Assembly (NCBI GenBank): GCA_035500755.1
Contig: DATJXB010000069.1
Location: forward strand, 4,084-68,083
Length of the DNA stretch: 64,000 bases
Direction: 5' to 3'
Source: Thermoanaerobaculia bacterium
GTDB lineage: Bacteria; Acidobacteriota; Thermoanaerobaculia; UBA5066; Gp7-AA6
This document shows, one piece after another, positions 9,602 to 19,121 of the stretch (within the stretch, counting starts at the first letter, position 1; each line of letters starts with the position of its first letter). The notes beneath the pieces are model-generated. The model saw only the letters and a list, made by a program, of their open reading frames with translations, was not told the origin of the DNA and made no database searches. Made by a program: the position numbers and the translations under genes.

Positions 9602-10066
9602 GTGAGCGTTCTCGTCGTGGCGTTTCTCGTCGGGGTCGTGGCGGGCCTGCGCGCGATGACGGCCCCGGCGGTCGTGAGCTGGGCCGCGCGCCTCGGGCGG
9701 ATTCACCTGGAGGGGACTCCGTTCGCGTTCCTGGGCTACGCCGCCACACCGTGGATCGTGAGCCTCCTCGCGCTCGTCGAGCTCGTGACGGATCAGCTGC
9801 CGAAGACGCCCAGCCGCAAGGCGCCGCCGGGATTCATCGCCCGCCTCGTCACCGGCGGCCTCTGCGGCGCGGCGCTCGGCGCTTCGGCAGGCCAGCTCGC
9901 GGGAGGTCTCGTCGCCGGCGTCGTGGGCGCGGTTGCCGGGACCCTGGGCGGCTACGAGTTCCGGGCGCGGCTGGCGCGGGCGTTCGGCAAGGACCTGCCG
10001 GCCGCCCTGATCGAAGACCTGATCGCCGTCGGCGGCGGCCTCCTCCTCGTTTCGCACGTCGGCTGA
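9602..10066 (+). CDS. DUF4126-like membrane protein
   Basis: GTG 9602 is preceded by a strong AAGGAGGA SD. Sequence VAGLRAMTAPAVVSWAARLG...ELVTDQLPKTPSR...LPAALIEDLIAVGGGLLLV matches my memory of DUF4126 proteins. Confidence 0.8.
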   Translation: MSVLVVAFLVGVVAGLRAMTAPAVVSWAARLGRIHLEGTPFAFLGYAATPWIVSLLALVELVTDQLPKTPSRKAPPGFIARLVTGGLCGAALGASAGQLAGGLVAGVVGAVAGTLGGYEFRARLARAFGKDLPAALIEDLIAVGGGLLLVSHVG

Positions 10067-10105
10067 AGGGCGCCGGCGGAGGCCGGCCCGCATTAGGATG
10101 GCGCC

Positions 10106-12091
10106 ATGTGGAAGCGCACGTTCGGTCCCCTCGCCGGAGGTCTGTGTCTCGCGGGCGCCGCCCTGGCGCAGCCGGCCATCACGGGCCCGGTCGACCCCAT
10201 GGCCTTCTCGCAGCTGAAGGACTTCACGGCCCATCGGTCCTCCTCGAACTCGCCGCTCCCGGACTGGAACGACGACAGCAAGCACCCGCTTCCGGGCGAG
10301 ACGCTGACGATCGCCGACCTGGCGGGGCCGGGCATCGTCACGCACCTCTGGACGACGGCCTCCGGCACCGAGTACGGCTGGCCGCGCTTGCTGCGCGTGC
10401 GCGTCTACTACGACGGCAACGCCGTCCCGAGCGTCGACGTGCCCTACGGCGACTTCTTCGCGGTCGGCCACGGGTTCGAGCGCCCGATTCGCTCGCTGAT
10501 GATCCGGAACCTGTCGGACGGCCGCGCGCGCAACAGCTACTGGCCGATGCCCTTCGCGAAGTCGTGCCGCATCACGATCACCAACGAAGGGACGCGCCGG
10601 GTCGGGCTGTACTACCACGTGGACTGGGAGAAGGTGCCGTCGCTGCCCCCCGACACGGCTTACTTCCACGCGTGGTACCGGCAGGCGCTGCCGGCGCCGG
10701 CCGACGGCAAGCCGTGGGTGTTCCTCGACACGAAGGGCCGCGGCTTCTACGTCGGGACCGTTCTGTCGATCCTCCAGGCCGAGCCCGGCTGGTTCGGCGA
10801 GGGCGACGACATGTTCTACGTCGACGGCGAGAAGGTCGCGTCGATCCAGGGCACCGGCTCCGAGGACTACTTCAACGACGCCTGGGGGCTCCACGTCGCC
10901 GAAGGCGAGTACACGGGCTCGCCGATCTCGGAGGGCGAGGGCCTCGGCGCGCGGATGACGGCGTACCGGTGGCATCTCGTCGACCCGGTGCCGTTTTCGA
11001 CGTCGCTGCGCGTCGAGATCGAGCACAAGGGCTGGACGTACCTGCCGGACGGCCGCGTCAAGACGGCCTTCGGCGAGCGCCAGGATCTGATCTCCTCGGT
11101 CGCGTACTGGTACCAGAAGGGTGTCGCGGCGGACCAGCCGGCGGTTCCGTACGGCTTCGCGCGGCTGCCGCACGGCAACGCGAAGCAGATCGAGGTCGAG
11201 AACGGCATCGCCGACGTCAAGGTCGAGAAGGGCAAGGCCTCGGTTTCGAAGGACCTCTTCTGGGGCAAGGACGTGCTGCTTTTCGTCGGCGAGGGCCCGG
11301 GGTCCCGCGTCGAGGTTCCCTTCGACGTCGAGACGGCGGGGGAGTACGAGCTGACGACGCAGGTCGCGCAGGCGCCGGACTACGGCGTCTACGAGATCTG
11401 GCTCGACGGCAAGCCCGTCGCCTCGCGCGAGCTCGAGCACGAGCCGGGAGCGGACATCCGGACGCAGGCGCGCTTCGACGGCTATGCCTACGACACCTAC
11501 GTCGGTCTCGACCGCAACCTCGGCTGGGTGCCGCTGTCGGCCGGCCGGCACTCGCTGACCTTCGTGTGCCTCGGCAAGAATCCCGCGTCGTCGGGCTACA
11601 CGCTCGGCGTCGACAACGTGATCCTCGCGCGGACGGGCCGGGACGGCTGGGCGCTGGCGTCGGCCGCGAAGGAGCCGAAGCTCCCGGCGGCGGACGCGGC
11701 GGGACTCGTGCGGGCGCTCGCGTCGGACGCCGACCCGCGCGTGCGCACGCAGGCGGCGCTCGCCTTCGAGAAGCCAGGCGCCGCGACGGGGCCGGCCCTC
11801 GCGGCCCTGGAGAAGGCGCTGACGGACCCGGATTCCGCCGTGCGCGAGGCGGCGGCTCGGGCGCTCGGGGCGCAGGGGCCGGCCGCGGGCGGCGCGGTGC
11901 CGGCGCTGGCGGCGGCGTGCACGGCGCCGAAGCAGCCGGGCGCCGTCGTCCGGGCCTGTCTCTACGCGCTCGGCTCGATCGGGAAGGCTTCCGCGTCGGC
12001 GCTGCCGGCGATCCGCGCCACGCTCCAGGACCCGAGCGCGGGCTGGGTCGCCGAGCGCGTCATCCAGGACATCGAGAAAGCGCCGCGCTGA
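10106..12091 (+). CDS. DUF2961 / GH172-family protein fused to a beta-sandwich region and C-terminal HEAT repeats
   Basis: DUF2961 hallmarks: LAGPGIVTHLWTT, YYDGNAVPSVDVPYGDFF, NSYWPMPF, YFHAWYR, WFGEGDDMFYVDGE, GTGSEDYFNDAW, YRWHLVDPVPF, SSVAYWYQ. The C-terminus has DPRVRTQAALAF / DPDSAVREAAARALG HEAT-like repeats. Confidence 0.85.
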   Translation: MWKRTFGPLAGGLCLAGAALAQPAITGPVDPMAFSQLKDFTAHRSSSNSPLPDWNDDSKHPLPGETLTIADLAGPGIVTHLWTTASGTEYGWPRLLRVRVYYDGNAVPSVDVPYGDFFAVGHGFERPIRSLMIRNLSDGRARNSYWPMPFAKSCRITITNEGTRRVGLYYHVDWEKVPSLPPDTAYFHAWYRQALPAPADGKPWVFLDTKGRGFYVGTVLSILQAEPGWFGEGDDMFYVDGEKVASIQGTGSEDYFNDAWGLHVAEGEYTGSPISEGEGLGARMTAYRWHLVDPVPFSTSLRVEIEHKGWTYLPDGRVKTAFGERQDLISSVAYWYQKGVAADQPAVPYGFARLPHGNAKQIEVENGIADVKVEKGKASVSKDLFWGKDVLLFVGEGPGSRVEVPFDVETAGEYELTTQVAQAPDYGVYEIWLDGKPVASRELEHEPGADIRTQARFDGYAYDTYVGLDRNLGWVPLSAGRHSLTFVCLGKNPASSGYTLGVDNVILARTGRDGWALASAAKEPKLPAADAAGLVRALASDADPRVRTQAALAFEKPGAATGPALAALEKALTDPDSAVREAAARALGAQGPAAGGAVPALAAACTAPKQPGAVVRACLYALGSIGKASASALPAIRATLQDPSAGWVAERVIQDIEKAPR

Positions 12092-12137
12092 CCCGGCGCA
12101 TCGCCCGGGGAATCGGCGGGCTCGCTGTCCCGTTGGA

Positions 12138-13061
12138 ATGGGCGTGAGGACGCGGCGGGCCGTTCGCGTGCTCCTCGGTCTGGCGTTGCTGGCGCGCGCG
12201 GCGGCGGTTGCCGCCGAGGTGCCCCCGACGGACGCGGCGCTGGCGCCCTGCGTCGAAGACTTCGACCGCGGCGCGCTGGAGGCCGACGCCGACACGCCCG
12301 AGGCTGCGGGGGCTCCGCCGAGCGAGTCGCTCGAGGAGCTCGGAAAGATCGCGCTCGAGGACACGACGACGATCCTCGGCGCGCCCCTGCACTGGACCGC
12401 GAAGAACTGGCTCGTCTTGGGCGGCGTGGCGGCCGGGATCGTCGCCGTGGGATTTGCCTTCGACGTCCCGATGCGGAACAAGACGCAGGCCCACCAGACG
12501 CAGACCCTCGACGACCTGACGAAGGTCGTGGAGCCGTTCGGCGCCGGCTACTCGTGGGCCGTCATCGGCGCCTATGGCATCGCGGGCTGGATCTTCCACG
12601 CCCCCGACGCGAAGGACGTCTTCTTCGACGGCGTGATGGCGAGCCTCCTCGCCTCGGTCGTCATCACGCCGACCCTGAAGTTCGTGATCGGGCGCGAGCG
12701 GCCGAACGAGTCGGTCAGCAGCACCGCCTTCCATCCCTTCAGCGGCGGCGACGACTCGTTTCCGTCCGGGCACGCCACCCAGGCGTTCGCGGTCGCTTCG
12801 GTCATCAGCGCGCACTCGGACCAGCTGTGGGTCAGCGTCGCCGCGTACACGGTCGCCGGCCTCGTCGGTTTCGCGCGGATCTACCACGACGCGCATTGGA
12901 CGTCCGACGTGACGGCGGGCGCGGCGATCGGGACGTTCGTCGGGCGCGGCGTCGTCGCGTTGAACGACCGGCTGCGGAAAAAGGAGAGCCGCGTCACCGT
13001 CGCGTTCGCGCCGCTCGTCACGGACAAGGTGCGCGGCGCGGCCGTCGTCGTCGGGTTCTAG
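12138..13061 (+). CDS. PAP2-superfamily phosphatase (membrane)
   Basis: Signal/TM segment and the three PAP2 motifs: KFVIGRERP, PSGH, and R-x5-H-x3-D (ARIYHDAHWTSD). Confidence 0.85.
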   Translation: MGVRTRRAVRVLLGLALLARAAAVAAEVPPTDAALAPCVEDFDRGALEADADTPEAAGAPPSESLEELGKIALEDTTTILGAPLHWTAKNWLVLGGVAAGIVAVGFAFDVPMRNKTQAHQTQTLDDLTKVVEPFGAGYSWAVIGAYGIAGWIFHAPDAKDVFFDGVMASLLASVVITPTLKFVIGRERPNESVSSTAFHPFSGGDDSFPSGHATQAFAVASVISAHSDQLWVSVAAYTVAGLVGFARIYHDAHWTSDVTAGAAIGTFVGRGVVALNDRLRKKESRVTVAFAPLVTDKVRGAAVVVGF

Positions 13062-13191
13062 GGACTTCGCGGCGGTCCGCCGTGTCCCGGGGTCACTTCG
13101 GCGCCGGCGGTGGGCGGCGTGCTAGATTACGCCACCGATCGAGCCGACAACTTTTCCGGCGGCGCCGGCCGCGCGTCCGAGGAGAAACTGC

Positions 13192-16005
13192 ATGCGTCGA
13201 AGGCTTCGTCTCGCCGCCCGATCGTCCGCCCTGCTTTTCGCCGCCGTGCCGCTCCTGGCCGCGCCGGACTCCTTCGCGCCCGACGTGCCGGAGCCGGGCT
13301 CGGTCGAGGCGATCGCGAAGTTCACCACCGAGGCGCGCTTCGGCAACCCGTGGGTCGCCTACGTGCCCGACTCGCCGACGGTGCCGTCGCCGTCGAAGTA
13401 CCTCGGCCACGTCGCGGGCGCGGCCGGCGAGCTCTCGCGCACGTCCCAGATCTACGGCTACTTCCGGGAGCTCGCGAAGGCGACCCCGCGCGTGAAGGTC
13501 GACGTGATCGGCACGACCGAGGAGGGCCGCGAGATTCTGCTCGTCGTGATCGCCGACGAGGAGGGGATGCGCGACCTCGAGAAGCACAAGAGGGCCGCCG
13601 CGGCGCTCGCCGACCCGCGGACGACGACGCCCGAGCAGGCCGAGAAGATCATCGAGACGGCGCGGCCGATCTACTACTTCAACGCCGGTCTCCATTCGCC
13701 CGAGACCGGCAGCCCCGAGATGGTCATGGAGCTCGCGTACCGCCTCGCCGTCTCGAACCAGCCGATGATCGAGCGCATCCGCAAGAACGTCGTCGTCCTC
13801 ATCAACCCCGTCGCCGAGCCCGACGGCCGCGACAAGATGGTCGACTGGTTCTACCGGTACCTCAAGGGCAAGACCGACTACGAGAACCTGCCCGAGATGT
13901 CGCCGCCCTACTGGGGCTACTACGTCTACCACGACAACAACCGCGACACGCACCAGACGGCCCTGCAGCTGACGAAGGCCGTGCATCGGATGTTCTACGA
14001 GTACCACCCGGTCGTCGTGCACGACCTCCACGAGTCGATCCCGCTGCTCCACACGTGGAACGGGACCGGGCCCTACAACGCGCACCTCGACCCGATCGCG
14101 ATCAACGAGTGGCTCGAGACGTCCTTCCACGAGGTCCAGGCCCTGACCGCCCTCGGCATGCCCGGCGTCTGGACCTGGGGCTATGGCGAGTCCTGGGGCC
14201 TGCACTTCCTCGACTCGGTCGCGTCCAATCACAACGCGCTCGGCCGCGGCTACGAGACCTTCGGCAACCACACGGCCGAGACCGTCGAGCGGACGCTGCG
14301 CCCGTCGCACACGTACGTGGACAAGCCCGTCACCGACCGCGAGTGGTACCGCGCGTGGCCGCCCGACAAGAAGTTCGTCTGGTCCCTGCGCGACAACACG
14401 AACTACATGGAGTCGGGATGCCTGTCGATCCTCGACTGGGCGTCGAAGAACTCCAAGGAGCTCCTGCGCAACTTCTACCGGAAGAGCTGGAACTCGTGGC
14501 AGGCCGGCGTGAAGGGCAACCCGTACGCCTTCGTCATCCCGCAGAACCAGGGCGACCCGCGCCGCGTGGCGCAGATGGTCGAGATCCTCCGCGGGCATCG
14601 CATCGAGGTCTCCCGTCTGACCGCGCCCGCGACGGTCCAGGAAGGCTCATTCGCGAAAGGCGACTATCTCGTCCGCCTCGACCAGCCCTACCGCAACTAC
14701 GCCGTCGACCTCCTCGAGCCGCAGAAGTTCCCGACGGATTCGCCGTATCAGCCGTACGACGACATCTCGTGGGCGCTTCCGGTCCACTACGGCCTCGAGG
14801 CGAAGCGAATCGACGACGCGAAGATCGTCTCGGCCGCCGCGGCGCCGTTGACGGCGGCGCCGTCCGTGGCCGGCCGCGTCGCCGGCCCGGGCCCGGTCTA
14901 CCTTCTGAAGGACACGGGCCAGGAGGCGCTGCTCGCGGCGCGCTTCCGCCTCGCGAAGTTCGACGTGTCGATCGCGGAGAAGCCCTTCACCGCGGGCGGC
15001 GCCCAGTACCCGGCGGGCTCGTGGATCCTTCCCGCCCAGGCCGGCCTGGCGGCGGCGCTTTCGGACGTCGCCAAGGAGCTCGGCCTCGACTTCGAGAGCG
15101 CCGCGGCGGCGCCGCCGGTCGCGGCCCACGCGTCGCCGATTCCGCGGATCGCCCTCTGGCACCTCTGGTCGGACACGCAGGCCACCGGTTGGCTGCGCCT
15201 GGCGCTCGACCGGGAGAAAGTCCCGTACGCCTACATCCGCGACGAAGACGTTCGCGCCGGGCACCTCCGCGAGAAGTACGACATCCTGCTCTACGGTGAC
15301 AACGAGGAAAGCTGGAAGGCGCAGGTCCAGGGGATCGACACGAAATGGGGACCGATGCCGTACACGAAAACGGCGCAGTTCCCGAGCCACGGCGTCCCCG
15401 ACGCTTCGGAGGACATCAGCGGCGGCATCGGCTGGGGCGGCATGGCGAAGCTGCAGGAGTTCCTCGACGCGGGCGGCCTGATGATCACGCTCGGCAACGG
15501 ATCGGCGCTGCCCCTCGAGGGCGGTCTCGTGCGCGGCGTGTCGACGCGCGGCGGCTCCGCGTGGACGCCGGGCGTCTCGCTCAAGGTGAAGTTCGAGCGG
15601 CCCGACCATCCGCTCGCTTACGGTTATCCGGTCGAAACGACCGCGTTCCGGACCGACCTGTCGACCTACTCCGTCCGGCCCGCCCTGCGGCGCTTCGTCG
15701 TCCTGCAGTGGGGGACGCGGCCGACCAAGGAGGAGCGCGAGTTCCGCGAAGGATCCGACAAGAGCGACGCGTCGTCCGGCAAGGGGAGCGAGAGCAAGGG
15801 CGACGGCTCGATGGTGGTGTCGGGAGGCGCCCGGAAGCTCGAGAACCTCGAGGGCTACCCGGCGATCCTCGAGGTGCCGTCGGGCAAGGGCCGCGTCATC
15901 GCCTTCAATTTCAGCCCGATGCACCGGGATCTGAACCACTCGGACTACCGGTTCCTGTGGAACGGGATCCTGAACTGGAGCGGCCTGCCGCCGAGCGTGC
16001 CGTAG
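13192..16005 (+). CDS. M14-family zinc carboxypeptidase-like protein (long form)
   Basis: GAGGAGA SD and signal peptide. HxxE zinc motif (GLHSPETGSPEM), with an N-terminal half typical of large M14 peptidases. Confidence 0.85.
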   Translation: MRRRLRLAARSSALLFAAVPLLAAPDSFAPDVPEPGSVEAIAKFTTEARFGNPWVAYVPDSPTVPSPSKYLGHVAGAAGELSRTSQIYGYFRELAKATPRVKVDVIGTTEEGREILLVVIADEEGMRDLEKHKRAAAALADPRTTTPEQAEKIIETARPIYYFNAGLHSPETGSPEMVMELAYRLAVSNQPMIERIRKNVVVLINPVAEPDGRDKMVDWFYRYLKGKTDYENLPEMSPPYWGYYVYHDNNRDTHQTALQLTKAVHRMFYEYHPVVVHDLHESIPLLHTWNGTGPYNAHLDPIAINEWLETSFHEVQALTALGMPGVWTWGYGESWGLHFLDSVASNHNALGRGYETFGNHTAETVERTLRPSHTYVDKPVTDREWYRAWPPDKKFVWSLRDNTNYMESGCLSILDWASKNSKELLRNFYRKSWNSWQAGVKGNPYAFVIPQNQGDPRRVAQMVEILRGHRIEVSRLTAPATVQEGSFAKGDYLVRLDQPYRNYAVDLLEPQKFPTDSPYQPYDDISWALPVHYGLEAKRIDDAKIVSAAAAPLTAAPSVAGRVAGPGPVYLLKDTGQEALLAARFRLAKFDVSIAEKPFTAGGAQYPAGSWILPAQAGLAAALSDVAKELGLDFESAAAAPPVAAHASPIPRIALWHLWSDTQATGWLRLALDREKVPYAYIRDEDVRAGHLREKYDILLYGDNEESWKAQVQGIDTKWGPMPYTKTAQFPSHGVPDASEDISGGIGWGGMAKLQEFLDAGGLMITLGNGSALPLEGGLVRGVSTRGGSAWTPGVSLKVKFERPDHPLAYGYPVETTAFRTDLSTYSVRPALRRFVVLQWGTRPTKEEREFREGSDKSDASSGKGSESKGDGSMVVSGGARKLENLEGYPAILEVPSGKGRVIAFNFSPMHRDLNHSDYRFLWNGILNWSGLPPSVP

Positions 16006-16046
16006 GGGCGGCCCTTGCGGCCGCCCGGGCGGGGCAAGCCCCGCCC
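16006..16046. terminator. Tandem GC hairpins between convergent genes
   Basis: GGGCGGCC-CTTGC-GGCCGCCC followed by GGCGGGG-CAAG-CCCCGCC, between the stop at 16005 (+) and the stop at 16047 (-). No clear U-tract. Confidence 0.4.
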
Positions 16047-16676
16047 CTACCGTCGGCGATTCCGCCGGCTCCGCCAGGCGATGGCGACGCGCGCCAGCAG
16101 CAGCACGGCGAGGATCGCCGCGAAGATCGCCGGCTCGGTCACGTCCTTCTTGACGCGCCACCAGAAGTGGATGGCCGCGAGCGCCGCGGCCGGGTAGACG
16201 AGGCGGTGAAGCCGCTTCCAGGCCGGGAAGCCGAGGCGGCGCACCGAAGCGGCCGTCGACGTCAGCGCGAGCGGCGTCAGGAGGACGAGCGCGGCGGCGC
16301 CGACGTAGATGAACGGGCGCTGCGTGACGTCCTTGAAGATCGCCGCGCCGCGCAGGTTCTGATCGAGGACGGCGTACGTCGCGAAGTGAAGCGCCGCGTA
16401 GAAGAACGCGAAGAGACCGAGCATCCTTCGCAGCCCCACGGCCCACGTCCAACCGAGGATCTCGCGCGCCGGGGTGCACGCGAGCGACGCGAGGAGCAGC
16501 GCGAAGGCCGTCAGCCCGAGCCGGTTGAGCGCTTCGGCGATGGGGTTGGCTCCGAGCGCGCCGCGGGCGGCGAGCAACAGGATCGCGGCGAGCGGGGCGA
16601 GCGCGCCCGTGAACACGGCGGGCTTCAGCCACGGGCGCCGCGCGGGGACCCTTCGGGCGGCCGCGACGCTGCTCAG
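16047..16676 (-). CDS. msrQ: Protein-methionine-sulfoxide reductase heme-binding subunit MsrQ (YedZ)
   Basis: Aligns with E. coli MsrQ from [14 protein letters not shown]... through ALHFATY, RLHRLVY and AIHFWW. The 5' end is uncertain. No ATG/GTG/TTG lies upstream of the conserved WLK region within ~150 nt. CTG at 16676 overlaps the msrP stop (CTGA). The alternative GTG at ~16611 truncates the protein. Confidence 0.85.
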   Translation of the reverse strand: MSSVAAARRVPARRPWLKPAVFTGALAPLAAILLLAARGALGANPIAEALNRLGLTAFALLLASLACTPAREILGWTWAVGLRRMLGLFAFFYAALHFATYAVLDQNLRGAAIFKDVTQRPFIYVGAAALVLLTPLALTSTAASVRRLGFPAWKRLHRLVYPAAALAAIHFWWRVKKDVTEPAIFAAILAVLLLARVAIAWRSRRNRRR

Positions 16677-17656
16677 AAGTTCCGCCGGAGGTCCATGCCG
16701 GCGTAGAGGCCCGCGACCTGCTCGGCATAGCCGTTGAAGGGGAGCGTGGGGCGGCGCTCGAGCTCGCCGATGCGCCGCTCCGTCGCCTGGCTCCAGCGCG
16801 GGTGGTCGACTTGCGGGTTCACGTTGGCGTAGAAGCCGTACTCGTCGGGCGCGGCCTCGTTCCACACGGTGCGCGGCTGCTCGCGCGTGAGCGTGACGCG
16901 CACGATCGACTTGATGCCCTTGAAGCCGTACTTCCACGGCACGACGAGGCGCAGCGGCGCGCCGTTCGGGTTCGGGAGCGGCCGCCCGTAGAGACCCGCG
17001 GCCAGGATCGTCAGCGGGTGGAGCGCTTCGTCCAGGCGCAGCCCCTCGACGTACGGCCAGTCGAGAACGTGGCGCCGCTGGCCGGGCATCTGCTCGGGAT
17101 CGAGCAGCGTCGTGAAGGCGACGAAGCGCGCGTCCGAGGTCGGCTCGGCGCGGCGGATCAGGTCGCCGAGCGGGAAGCCGTCCCAGGGAATGACCATCGA
17201 CCAGGCTTCGACGCAGCGCATCCGGTAGACGCGCTCCTCCAGCGGAAAGGTCTTCAGCAGCGCGTCGAGATCGAGCGTCTGCGGCCGGCGCACTTCGCCG
17301 TCGACCGTGACGGTCCACGGCCGCGTCCGGAGCGAGCCCGAGAGGCGCGACGCCGCGTCCTTGTCGATGCCGAACTCGTAGAAGTTGTTGTACGTCGTGA
17401 TGGCGCCGTACGGCGTGCGGGGCTCGGCCGTGCCGAACGGCCCGGGGCGGACGCCGGGAAGCCCGTCGGCGACCGCGTCCGGTCCTCCGGCGATGCTCCG
17501 TCCCCGAGCCCCGCCCACGAGCCAGAGGAGGCCGCCGCCCACGCCCGCGGCCGTGGCCGCGAAGGCGGCCGCGTTCCTGATCCACCGGCGGCGGTCGACA
17601 TAGGCCGACTCCGGCGTGATCTCCGAAGCGGGCGGCGGCGAACCGGTCGGCTTCAC
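16673..17656 (-). CDS. msrP: Protein-methionine-sulfoxide reductase catalytic subunit MsrP (YedY), molybdopterin enzyme
   Basis: Near full-length similarity to E. coli MsrP ([67 protein letters not shown]). Tat motif [15 protein letters not shown] 17656 has a GAAGGAG SD. The track start is 17701. Confidence 0.92.
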   Translation of the reverse strand: MKPTGSPPPASEITPESAYVDRRRWIRNAAAFAATAAGVGGGLLWLVGGARGRSIAGGPDAVADGLPGVRPGPFGTAEPRTPYGAITTYNNFYEFGIDKDAASRLSGSLRTRPWTVTVDGEVRRPQTLDLDALLKTFPLEERVYRMRCVEAWSMVIPWDGFPLGDLIRRAEPTSDARFVAFTTLLDPEQMPGQRRHVLDWPYVEGLRLDEALHPLTILAAGLYGRPLPNPNGAPLRLVVPWKYGFKGIKSIVRVTLTREQPRTVWNEAAPDEYGFYANVNPQVDHPRWSQATERRIGELERRPTLPFNGYAEQVAGLYAGMDLRRNF

Positions 17657-17780
17657 GACGACTCCTTCGATGGCGGCGAACAGTCGAAGGATACGCGGCA
17701 TTCCGGCCCGGACGGCGCCGGGGGCGGCCCGGCATGCTCCGGCGCCCGCGTTCCGTTAGAGTGCCCCGGGGAGGCTCGTC

Positions 17781-18110
17781 ATGAGAAAGCGTCTCGTCCT
17801 CGGCGCCCTGGTCCTCGCCGCCGCCGCGCCCGCCTTCGGCGCGGAGATCCACGGCACCGTCAGCGAGAACGGCAAGCCGCTGCCCGAAGGCGTCGCGCTC
17901 GCGCTCGACTGCGCCGGGGGTTCCGGGAAAACCACGACCGACAATTTCGGGTCCTACAGCCTGAAGGTGGCGGCGACGGGGGAGTGCAGGCTCTCGGTCG
18001 CGTACAAGGGAGCTTCCGGCGCGACGACGGTGACCGTGTTCGACAAGCCGAGCCGCTACGACTTCGCCGTCGCGGCCGAGGGCGGCAAGCTCGTTCTGAC
18101 GAGGAAGTGA
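17781..18110 (+). CDS. Small secreted protein, carboxypeptidase-regulatory/Ig-like fold suspected
   Basis: GGGGAGG SD and signal peptide (LVLGALVLAAAAPAFGA). Mature part EIHGTVSENGKPLPEGVALALDC...TTDNFGSYSL resembles CarboxypepD_reg repeats. Confidence 0.65.
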   Translation: MRKRLVLGALVLAAAAPAFGAEIHGTVSENGKPLPEGVALALDCAGGSGKTTTDNFGSYSLKVAATGECRLSVAYKGASGATTVTVFDKPSRYDFAVAAEGGKLVLTRK

Positions 18111-19057
18111 TGGCGGAGGCTCCGGCGCCCCGTCCGCCCCGGGACGGCTGGGACAAGGCGGCGATCGTCCTGCAGCCGGTCGGCGGTCTGCTCACGGCGA
18201 TCGCGGTCGCGGTGCTCGGCTTCTGGACGTCGAGCTGGCTCCGGGACCGCGAGGCGCGCGAGGCCCAGCTGCGCGAGCGGATGCAGACGAGCGAGACGAA
18301 CGCCCGGCTCTACTCGGAGCTGACGAGCAAGCGCGAGGAGTCCGAGAGCGCCCTGCGCAAGGACATGTTCACGTCGATCATCAACTCGTTTCTCGGGGGA
18401 GGCGCGGGCAACCTGGAGCAGAAGGTCCTCAACCTCGAGCTCCTCGTCTACAACTTCCACGAGTCGCTGAACCTGAAGCCTCTCTTCCTGCACCTGGCCC
18501 GGCAGGTGCGTGAGAGCCCGCAGCGCCAGGAGTACCTGGCCCGCCTGAACCGGGTTGCCGAGGAAGTGTCGAAGAAGCAGATGCTCGTCATCGAGGAGGG
18601 CGGCGCGGCCTTCGACGCGGCGGTCGACGGCAAGGAGCTCGCCCTCATCGGGCCGGACGGCGCTTCGCGCGTCCCGTATCTTTCGCGCGACCTGGTCGTC
18701 GACGGCCTGGCGCGCAACTTCAAGCTCGAGGTGCTCGACTTCGACAAGACCAACGAGCAGGTCGAGCTCCGCGTCACCGTGCGCACGGCCGAGCCCTCGG
18801 GCACCGAGACGATTTCGACCGAGTTCTGGCTCGGCCACTTCGACTTCCCGATGATCGACAACACGCGCCTGCCGCACGACCAGCGCCTCGCGGTGGTCTT
18901 GAACGCGCTCGACCCGGCGACCTCGCGGGCCGACCTCACGCTGGCGTACTTCCCCGGCAAGTACGCGGGGCTGCGCGAGAAGCCTTACTACGACGAGGTC
19001 CTGGCGAAGCTCCTCGCCGCCGGCGCGGCGCCGCCGACGCCCGCGACGAAACGCTGA
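18110..19057 (+). CDS. Hypothetical membrane-anchored protein (N-terminal TM, coiled-coil-like segment, unknown C-terminal domain)
   Basis: Last 315 aa of the 751-aa track ORF. Its ATG overlaps the upstream stop by 1 nt (TGATG at 18108-18112). TM helix AIVLQPVGGLLTAIAVAVLGFW, then a charged helical region. Composition is protein-like. No family recognised. Confidence 0.7.
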   Translation: MAEAPAPRPPRDGWDKAAIVLQPVGGLLTAIAVAVLGFWTSSWLRDREAREAQLRERMQTSETNARLYSELTSKREESESALRKDMFTSIINSFLGGGAGNLEQKVLNLELLVYNFHESLNLKPLFLHLARQVRESPQRQEYLARLNRVAEEVSKKQMLVIEEGGAAFDAAVDGKELALIGPDGASRVPYLSRDLVVDGLARNFKLEVLDFDKTNEQVELRVTVRTAEPSGTETISTEFWLGHFDFPMIDNTRLPHDQRLAVVLNALDPATSRADLTLAYFPGKYAGLREKPYYDEVLAKLLAAGAAPPTPATKR

Positions 19058-19069
19058 CCCGCTGACCCC

Positions 19070-19100
19070 CTCCCACTCCCCGTGGAAGCGGGAGAGGGAG
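19070..19100. terminator. CTCCC/GGGAG hairpin between convergent genes (REP-like)
   Basis: CTCCCACTCCC-CGTGGAAGC-GGGAGAGGGAG gives 10 of 11 bp paired. Lies between the stop at 19057 (+) and the stop at 19122 (-). Confidence 0.4.
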
Positions 19101-19121
19101 ATTCTCAGAGCGTCCGGCGCC

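Noticed and set aside
9461-12481. 1006-aa minus-strand ORF
   Set aside because: It is antisense to the well-supported DUF4126, GH172 and PAP2 genes. Its Arg/Ala/Gly/Pro-dominated translation is typical of high-GC antisense frames.
13093-16728. Long minus-strand ORFs (13093-14598, 14647-16728) and out-of-frame plus ORFs over the M14 gene
   Set aside because: They overlap the M14 peptidase frame, which carries clear family motifs. Their composition is strongly Arg/Pro/Gly-biased, and no domains are recognisable.
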